In this document: piece after piece, positions 57,369 through 64,000 of the stretch
How the letters are laid out: each line of letters opens with the position of its first letter
How positions within the stretch are numbered: the first letter of the stretch is position 1
From: Bacteroidia bacterium
GTDB lineage: Bacteria; Bacteroidota; Bacteroidia; NS11-12g; UBA9320
Length of the DNA stretch: 64,000 bases
Direction of reading: 5' to 3'
Assembly: GCA_965216465.1 (NCBI GenBank)
Contig: CBDCFW010000006.1
Span: 326,440-390,439, forward strand
Translations under genes and position numbers: made by a program
Notes under the pieces: generated by a model
Told to the model about the DNA's origin: nothing
What the model saw: the letters and a program-made list of their open reading frames with translations, nothing else
Database searches by the model: none

Positions 57369-58345
57369 TAAAATTCGCGTGGATATGCGTACTTATACAA
57401 ATCCTCTTCAGGTAAATTCTTGAAATAATTGTAAGTAATCTTCAAGCCTTCTGCTCGATCAACCTGTGGCTCCCAATCTAAAATTGCTTTGGCACGTGAG
57501 ATATCCGGTTGACGTTGTTTCGGATCATCTTTTGGTAAATCTTTAAACACAATCTGCTGATCCGTACCTGTTAATTCAACAATCTCCTTTGCAAAATCCA
57601 AAATACTTACTTCATCTGGATTCCCAATATTAACTGGCTCGTTGTAATCACTCATTAATAAGCGAAAGATGCCTTCAATCTGGTCATCTACAAAGCAGAA
57701 GCTTCGCGTCTGACTTCCATCACCAAAAACAGTAATGTTCTCACCACGTAACGCCTGTCCGATAAATGCAGGCAACGCACGTCCGTCATTCAATCGCATT
57801 CTCGGTCCGTACGTATTAAATATCCTCACTATCCGCGTATCAACGCCATGATAAGTATGATAGGCCATGGTCATCGCTTCTTGAAAACGCTTGGCTTCAT
57901 CATACACTCCTCTTGGACCAACAGGGTTTACATTCCCCCAATAATCTTCATTCTGTGGATGAACCAAAGGATCTCCATAAACCTCAGAAGTTGAAGCAAT
58001 CAACATTCTTGCTCCTTTCGCCAACGCTAATCCCAGACAATTGTGCGTTCCTAAACTTCCAACCTTTAATGTTGGAATTGGAATTTTTAAATAATCAATC
58101 GGACTTGCTGGAGATGCAAAGTGTAAAATGTAATCTAATTGACCGGGAATGTGAATGAACTTTGATACATCGTGATGGTAAAACTGAAAATTTTCTAAAG
58201 GCATCAGGTGTTCAATGTTTTTCATGTCGCCAGTGATCAAATTATCCATAGCAATCACCTTGAAGCCTTCCTTAATGAAGCGATCGCATAAGTGCGAGCC
58301 TAAAAAGCCAGCACCACCCGTTATAAGAACCGTTTTTTTCGCCAT
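57368..58345 (-). CDS. uxs: UDP-glucuronate decarboxylase (UDP-xylose synthase), SDR-extended family.
   Basis: [18 protein letters not shown]..., DVSKF..., the YDEAKR catalytic region, and a size of 325 aa are typical of UXS. Confidence 0.75.
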   Translation of the reverse strand: MAKKTVLITGGAGFLGSHLCDRFIKEGFKVIAMDNLITGDMKNIEHLMPLENFQFYHHDVSKFIHIPGQLDYILHFASPASPIDYLKIPIPTLKVGSLGTHNCLGLALAKGARMLIASTSEVYGDPLVHPQNEDYWGNVNPVGPRGVYDEAKRFQEAMTMAYHTYHGVDTRIVRIFNTYGPRMRLNDGRALPAFIGQALRGENITVFGDGSQTRSFCFVDDQIEGIFRLLMSDYNEPVNIGNPDEVSILDFAKEIVELTGTDQQIVFKDLPKDDPKQRQPDISRAKAILDWEPQVDRAEGLKITYNYFKNLPEEDLYKYAYPREF

Positions 58346-59658
58346 TACACGCCTATGCAGTAATACTCAAATCCCATATCAAGCATTTCTTGCTTGTCGT
58401 ACACATTTCTACCATCAAAAATGCGTTTTGTTTTCATTTTATCGCCAATTACATCAAAATCAGGCAGCTTAAATTCAGACCATTCCGTAACCAATAACAT
58501 CGCATCGGCATCTTCAAGTGCAGCATATGGTTCTTCTACATAGTTAATCTTGTCGCCTAAAATGCGTTTGGTTTCTTCCATGCTCACAGGGTCGTATGCT
58601 GTAACCGTTCCTCCTGCTTCAATAATCTTGTCGATAATAATCAATGAAGGAGCATCACGCATATCATCCGTATTCGGTTTGAACGATAATCCCCACATCG
58701 CAAATTTCTTACCGGTTAAATCATCACCCAAAACCTTGGTTACTTTGTGAAAAAGAATCTCTTTTTGATCGTCGTTTACATCTTCAACAGACTCCAACAA
58801 ACGCATATCGTATCCATTTTCTTTCGCAGTCTTAATCAATGCCTTTACATCCTTAGGAAAACAGCTTCCGCCGTAACCAATACCCGCATAAATAAATCGG
58901 CTTCCAATACGTGGATCGCTACCAATACCTCTTCGCACCTTATTCACATCAGCACCAACAATCTCACATAAATTAGCGATATCATTCATAAAACTGATTC
59001 GCGTAGCCAACATCGCGTTGGCTGCATATTTAGTCATTTCAGCAGATGGAATATCCATAAAAATCAATGGATGGCCATTCATGATATAGGGCTTGTACAA
59101 TCTGCTCATAATATCGCGAGCTTTCTCACTATCTACACCCACCACAATTCGATCTGGCTTCATGAAATCGTCGATGGCTGCACCCTCTTTCAAGAACTCT
59201 GGATTGCTTGCAATGTCAAAGGGAATATCAACTCCGCGCCTATCCAACTCTTCTTGAACAGCAACTCTTACTTTTTCAGATGTTCCAACCGGAACGGTAC
59301 TTTTGGTAACAATTACCCCGTAATCGTCCATGTTCTTTCCAATCTCACGAGCAACGCTTAAAACGTACTGTAAATCAGCACTTCCATCTTCATCTGGAGG
59401 TGTTCCAACAGCTATAAATGCAACTTGAGCTCCTTTAATACTTTCTCCTAAAGATGTACTAAAGTGAAGTCTTCCTTTTTTATAGTTGCGCTTAACCATC
59501 GATTCAAGACCAGGCTCATAAATAGGCATTATACCTTGCTTCAAGCCTTCAACCTTGGCATCATTTATATCGATACAAACTACATCTGTACCAACTTCAG
59601 AGAGACAAGTTCCTGTAACTAATCCAACATAACCCGTCCCTACAACTGCTATTTTCAT
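58345..59658 (-). CDS. ugd: UDP-glucose 6-dehydrogenase.
   Basis: [23 protein letters not shown], the GGSCFPKD catalytic Cys region, and a length of 437 aa identify it. Confidence 0.9.
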   Translation of the reverse strand: MKIAVVGTGYVGLVTGTCLSEVGTDVVCIDINDAKVEGLKQGIMPIYEPGLESMVKRNYKKGRLHFSTSLGESIKGAQVAFIAVGTPPDEDGSADLQYVLSVAREIGKNMDDYGVIVTKSTVPVGTSEKVRVAVQEELDRRGVDIPFDIASNPEFLKEGAAIDDFMKPDRIVVGVDSEKARDIMSRLYKPYIMNGHPLIFMDIPSAEMTKYAANAMLATRISFMNDIANLCEIVGADVNKVRRGIGSDPRIGSRFIYAGIGYGGSCFPKDVKALIKTAKENGYDMRLLESVEDVNDDQKEILFHKVTKVLGDDLTGKKFAMWGLSFKPNTDDMRDAPSLIIIDKIIEAGGTVTAYDPVSMEETKRILGDKINYVEEPYAALEDADAMLLVTEWSEFKLPDFDVIGDKMKTKRIFDGRNVYDKQEMLDMGFEYYCIGV

Positions 59659-59793
59659 TTAAAATCTGTGTTTTTTAAGTAGGCGACAAAGATATTCAAT
59701 GTTTTAAATCTAAAATGCTTTTTACAAAGCGATTCGGCACCATGCTCAATTTTGTGATTTTTAATAAAGTTTATGTTATTAATTTGCATTAAA

Positions 59794-60543
59794 ATGAGGA
59801 AGTTACTAATTCTACTTTTTATTGGAACCTGCTTTCAATCTATGGCTCAAACTGAGGAGATGACGAACCAAGGATTCATGTTCACTCCACAGTATGCGTA
59901 TCAAATTCCTCGTGGCGATATGTATGACCGCTTCCTTAACTTTTCATCTATAGGCCTTAACATTTATTACAAGCATAAGAATAACCTAACCTTAGGAGTT
60001 GATTACGATTGGTATTTTGGTAACAGCCTTAACGAGGGCGGAAACTTTAGTAACATAACCGCCGAAGCCCAGCAAATTATTGATGCGGATGGACGGTTTT
60101 CTGTAGTTCGACTCAATATTCAGGGTAACTACATCACCGGAAATATCGGCTACCTCTTCAACATTGTAAAAGACGAACCAAACAGTGGAATTCTAGTGAT
60201 GGCAGGAGCTGGATTTATGCAACATAAAATCGACATTAAAGCCACCGAATTAAAAATTCCGCAGATCAACGGAGAATACGAAAAAGGCTACGATAAACTC
60301 ACCTACGGCCTTGCTACTAAACAGTTTATTGGTTACCAGTACTTGGTTACCAAAAACCATTATCACTTTAGAGCAGGCGTTGAATTCAACCAAGGATTCA
60401 CCCAAGGAAGAAGAACTTGGGATTTTAATGCTAACCAATCTGGGTTAGATAAGCGTTTTGATGGTACTATTGCACTAAAATTTGGTGTCATCGTTCCGGT
60501 TTATACCAAAAGCGCTGACGACGAAGAGTTTTTCATAGACTAA
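59794..60543 (+). CDS. Hypothetical outer-membrane (beta-barrel-like) protein.
   Basis: The signal peptide is MRKLLILLFIGTCFQSMAQ. The protein is rich in Y/G/N strand patterns. Confidence 0.45.
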   Translation: MRKLLILLFIGTCFQSMAQTEEMTNQGFMFTPQYAYQIPRGDMYDRFLNFSSIGLNIYYKHKNNLTLGVDYDWYFGNSLNEGGNFSNITAEAQQIIDADGRFSVVRLNIQGNYITGNIGYLFNIVKDEPNSGILVMAGAGFMQHKIDIKATELKIPQINGEYEKGYDKLTYGLATKQFIGYQYLVTKNHYHFRAGVEFNQGFTQGRRTWDFNANQSGLDKRFDGTIALKFGVIVPVYTKSADDEEFFID

Positions 60544-60544
60544 A

Positions 60545-61747
60545 GTGTACAATTTCCTTTATAACATATTCGCCTCGATGAGCAGATACTTCGTAATTAT
60601 AATCGGAGAATTTAGCCCCAAAATTGAGCGATTCAATGTGCAACGAAAACATGCTAACAAACCCAAACCCGGGCCAAGAAAGTATTGGATTCATTGTGCT
60701 TCCTTTGGAGAATATGAAATGGCTGTTCCGCTTATTAAAAACTTAAGCGAAACCCATAACATGGATGAAATTTTAATTACCACATTCAGCCCAAGTGGTT
60801 ACAAACAAGCAGCGAAAGGTCCTTACAAAGACATGGTGTGCTACTTACCACTTGACACCCCTAAGTGTGTTAAAAAGTTCTACAAAGAATACGCTCCTCA
60901 AAATGCCATTTTTGTCCGTTACGACTTCTGGTACAATTTTATGAAACTTGGACTTCAACGCGGAACCAAATTCTATTTGGTAAATGGTCGTTTCACACCC
61001 AATCATTTCATATTCAAATGGTTTGGGAAACCCTATAAAGCTTTACTTGAAAAGTTTGAAAAGATATTTCTTTCAGATCAATCGAGTGCTGTAACGCTAA
61101 GCACCTATGGAATAAACAACATCGAAACCACTGGTGATACCCGTTACGACCGAGTGGCTCAAATTCTGAATAAAGACCAGCACTTTCCCGACATTGAAAG
61201 ATTCAAGGGTGACCGTAAGCTGCTTATTGTTGGTTCTTCATGGCAGCATGAAGAGGATTTAATTAGCACCTTGCTCGAGAAAAACTTCGAACACCTGGCT
61301 ATCTTAATTGCACCTCACGACATCTTTAGAAGTGAAGCCATTTTAAATCTCTACGAAGAATATAATCCAAAACTCTATTCCGATGGCGATTTTACTGCGG
61401 ATGATAGAGTCGTTATACTAGATACGGTTGGAATGTTAGCCGCAATGTATCGCTACGCGGATGTAGCAGTTATTGGCGGCGGATTTAAAGGCAAACTTCA
61501 TAATATCTTAGAACCTGCGGTTTACGGTTGCCACATCTCATTTGGACCCATGATTTCTAAATTTCCGGAAGCTCAAGATTTTGTTGACGCTGGATTTGCA
61601 ACCATAATTCAAGGAAAACAAGATTGGATTCGATTGATTAAGAATATCATTTCTTCATCTGAACTTCTCGAACGACTCAAAGAAAAATCGAGAACGTTCA
61701 CCAAGCGTCACATTGGAGCGACCGAAAAGGTAATGAAAGGACTATAA
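60545..61747 (+). CDS. waaA: 3-deoxy-D-manno-octulosonic acid (Kdo) transferase.
   Basis: YWIHCASFGEYEMAVPLI matches the KdtA WxHxASVGE region. The C-terminal GT-B region reads ...GGGFKGKLHNILEPAVYGCHISFGP. Confidence 0.75.
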   Translation: MYNFLYNIFASMSRYFVIIIGEFSPKIERFNVQRKHANKPKPGPRKYWIHCASFGEYEMAVPLIKNLSETHNMDEILITTFSPSGYKQAAKGPYKDMVCYLPLDTPKCVKKFYKEYAPQNAIFVRYDFWYNFMKLGLQRGTKFYLVNGRFTPNHFIFKWFGKPYKALLEKFEKIFLSDQSSAVTLSTYGINNIETTGDTRYDRVAQILNKDQHFPDIERFKGDRKLLIVGSSWQHEEDLISTLLEKNFEHLAILIAPHDIFRSEAILNLYEEYNPKLYSDGDFTADDRVVILDTVGMLAAMYRYADVAVIGGGFKGKLHNILEPAVYGCHISFGPMISKFPEAQDFVDAGFATIIQGKQDWIRLIKNIISSSELLERLKEKSRTFTKRHIGATEKVMKGL

Positions 61748-62281
61748 GCCTGCTTTTCTTTTCATGCTCAAATAATGGTGATCAGTGTGCACAACTGTAA
61801 AGAATAACATTTCCCGTACCATTAATTTCCCTAGTAATGGATGAGGTAACAAGGTTTTATCTAATGACTTTTCCCTCCACCCTTCAACTCGATCTGAAAA
61901 TTTGATTTGCGTTGCTTTCCAGAAGTCTAACATGGCTTGCTTATCAAATTCTTGACCGTCTTCACTTAAAAATCGAGCCGGTGCCTTAGCCCCAGGAAAG
62001 GCTTCCAACTTTTCATAATATCGGTTCTTTAGTTCATCAAAATTGCGAAGCGGTCTATTGGGTTTCCCAAACTTGTAACGAAGAGCCAACGGGTTTCTCT
62101 TTAAGGCTGAACAGATAGAAACATTTGACTTTAGAATATGATCAAATTCTTCAGCAATACTCCACTTTTCAGGTATAGGTTTAGCTATAAATTGTTCATA
62201 ATCAGTAGCTTCAATAAAGCGCACACACTTATCCATAGCCTCAATTATAGCTTGACTAATTTCTTGTTTGGAGTGAATCAT
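61742..62281 (-). CDS. DinB/YfiT-like (DinB_2) metal-dependent protein.
   Basis: WSIAEEFDHI...HTDHH indicates a His-rich four-helix-bundle signature. Confidence 0.5.
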   Translation of the reverse strand: MIHSKQEISQAIIEAMDKCVRFIEATDYEQFIAKPIPEKWSIAEEFDHILKSNVSICSALKRNPLALRYKFGKPNRPLRNFDELKNRYYEKLEAFPGAKAPARFLSEDGQEFDKQAMLDFWKATQIKFSDRVEGWREKSLDKTLLPHPLLGKLMVREMLFFTVVHTDHHYLSMKRKAGL

Positions 62282-62308
62282 CCCTCCAAAAATAAGTAAA
62301 ATGAATTC

Positions 62309-63817
62309 CTATTTCTCAGGACGCATTTGCGGGAAGAATAACACTTCCTGAATGCTTTCGTTGTTGGTCAACAACATAACCAATCGGTCAATTCCGATTC
62401 CAATACCTGCTGTTGGTGGCATACCGTATTCTAATGCTCTAAGGAAATCTTGATCAATGAACATTGCCTCATCGTCTCCTCGTTCCATAAGCTTCACCTG
62501 ATCTTCGAAACGCTCGCGTTGATCAATTGGGTCGTTCAACTCGCTATAGCAGTTTGCAATTTCTTTACCGTTAACTACCAATTCAAATCGTTCTGTTAAC
62601 TCTGGATTGTCTCGGTGTTTTTTAGTCAACGGGCTCATGCTAACCGGATAGTCCATAACAAAGGTTGGTTGTATCAGATGGTGCTCAACTTTTTCACCAA
62701 AAATTTCATCGATAAGCTTGCCTTTACCCATGCTTTCATCAACCTCCACATTCATACTTTTTGCGGTTGCTCTAAGCTCATCTTCGTTCATTTGGCTGAC
62801 ATCAATGCCGGTGTATTTTTCAATACCACCGAAAATGGTCATTCGCTCAAATGGCTTTCCGAAGTCGATTACTCGATCACCGAAAACAACTTCGGTTGTA
62901 CCGTTAACATCCATTGCAATTTGCTTGAACATTTCTTCGGTTTTATCCATCATCCATTTGTAGTCTTTGTAAGCCACATAAAGCTCCATCTGACTAAACT
63001 CAGGATTATGGGTTCTATCCATTCCTTCATTTCTGAAATCTTTTGCAAATTCATATACCCCTTCAAAACCACCAACGATTAAACGCTTTAAATACAACTC
63101 ATTAGCAATTCTTAAATACAATGGAATGTCTAAAGCATTGTGATGAGTTATAAATGGTCGAGCAGCTGCACCTCCTGGAATCGCTTGAAGAATTGGAGTT
63201 TCAACCTCCATATATCCTTGAGCATTCAAGAAGTTTCGCATCGAAGCTATGGCCTTTGTTCTTTTTACAAAGGTTTCTCTAACCTCAGGATTAACGATCA
63301 AATCAACATAACGCTTTCTGTAACGTTGTTCGGGATCTGTAAAAGCGTCAAATACCTTTCCGTCAACTTCTTTTGGCATTGGAAGTGGGTTTAACGACTT
63401 TGAAAGTACAGTTAATTGACTCACGTGAATTGAAGTTTCACCTGTTTTAGTCTTAAAAACATATCCTTTTACACCAATAATGTCTCCAATGTCTAACAAC
63501 TTTTTGAAAACATCATTGTACATGGTTTTGTCTTCTCCTGGACAAATTTCGTCACGAGAAACATAAACCTGAATTCCGCCAACTTCATCACTCAAATAGG
63601 CAAAACTTGCCTTACCCATAATTCTTCGACGCATTAACCGTCCAGCAAATGATACTTCTTTCCACTTATCATTTTCAGGATCTGCTTCAAATTGCTCTTT
63701 GATTTCAACACTGCTAAAATCTTTGTCAAAAACATCTGCAGGATAAGGGTTTATCCCAAGTTCTCTTAGCTTATCTAATGCTTGTCGTCTCTGGATTTGT
63801 TGCTCGTTTAGCTCCAT
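62309..63817 (-). CDS. lysS: Lysine--tRNA ligase (class II).
   Basis: The ORF is 502 aa with an N-terminal OB anticodon-binding region ([21 protein letters not shown]) and class II motifs (...[20 protein letters not shown]..., [13 protein letters not shown]). Confidence 0.95.
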   Translation of the reverse strand: MELNEQQIQRRQALDKLRELGINPYPADVFDKDFSSVEIKEQFEADPENDKWKEVSFAGRLMRRRIMGKASFAYLSDEVGGIQVYVSRDEICPGEDKTMYNDVFKKLLDIGDIIGVKGYVFKTKTGETSIHVSQLTVLSKSLNPLPMPKEVDGKVFDAFTDPEQRYRKRYVDLIVNPEVRETFVKRTKAIASMRNFLNAQGYMEVETPILQAIPGGAAARPFITHHNALDIPLYLRIANELYLKRLIVGGFEGVYEFAKDFRNEGMDRTHNPEFSQMELYVAYKDYKWMMDKTEEMFKQIAMDVNGTTEVVFGDRVIDFGKPFERMTIFGGIEKYTGIDVSQMNEDELRATAKSMNVEVDESMGKGKLIDEIFGEKVEHHLIQPTFVMDYPVSMSPLTKKHRDNPELTERFELVVNGKEIANCYSELNDPIDQRERFEDQVKLMERGDDEAMFIDQDFLRALEYGMPPTAGIGIGIDRLVMLLTNNESIQEVLFFPQMRPEK

Positions 63818-64000
63818 TTGGTAAAAATTGGCTGCAAATATAAATTTTCAAATTGTCTGTTCCGTGTTATTTACCTTAAAAGGAGCAACTTATTAACATC
63901 ACCAATAGTCTATTATGTAACAGTACGCGTATTTTTGTTTATTAATGCATAGGCAAGGTTTCTTTCTACTATATTTCTTGATGATTGGTCTTTTGGGCCA

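Noticed and set aside
1-64000. A sweep for rRNA genes, transposase/integrase genes, and prophage structural genes.
   Set aside because: None was recognised in any frame. No long terminal inverted repeats or IS-like ORFs were seen.

Overview
This looks like a chromosomal segment from a Bacteroidetes (Flavobacteriia/Cytophagia-like) genome. The assignment rests on three T9SS C-terminal sorting domains, TAnnTTTG-type promoter boxes, and a uppS-bamA neighbourhood with DUF6089-like paralogs. The first ~28 kb is mostly housekeeping: tRNA-Phe, RidA, OmpA-family, BamA, UppS, an acyl-CoA dehydrogenase, FabK/NMO-like, FolK, WbqC, AccA. Three large T9SS cargo proteins are interspersed. The window ends with tRNA-Asp plus an adjacent partial copy, a ugd-uxs-acetyltransferase UDP-sugar operon, KdtA and LysS. 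The middle (~28-56 kb) is accessory-like, and its parts are listed here. (a) Orphan immunity-like genes: a barstar-like ORF with no canonical start codon, which the ORF track misses, and a SUFU-like protein. (b) A NUDIX+wHTH NrtR-like regulator, followed by two TGTGTA-N5-TACACA palindromes overlapping a promoter. This drives a translationally coupled operon encoding a TM-less SPFH/flotillin-like protein, a non-canonical NAD-kinase-fold protein (GQDG instead of GGDG) and a small unknown protein. This operon is my best candidate for an undescribed system. (c) A class III adenylate cyclase facing a STAND NTPase that has an internal TM helix, a coiled coil and a WD40 propeller. (d) A 10-kb expansion of six paralogous lipoproteins, arranged as three coupled type-I/type-II pairs, together with two TPR-plus-beta-barrel outer-membrane proteins. 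(e) An intergenic palindromic repeat family of at least four copies around two small ORFs, next to a tRNA-Asp 3'-segment duplication. I saw no CRISPR array, integrase, transposase or rRNA. All calls come from reading the translations and DNA by eye, with no database searches.
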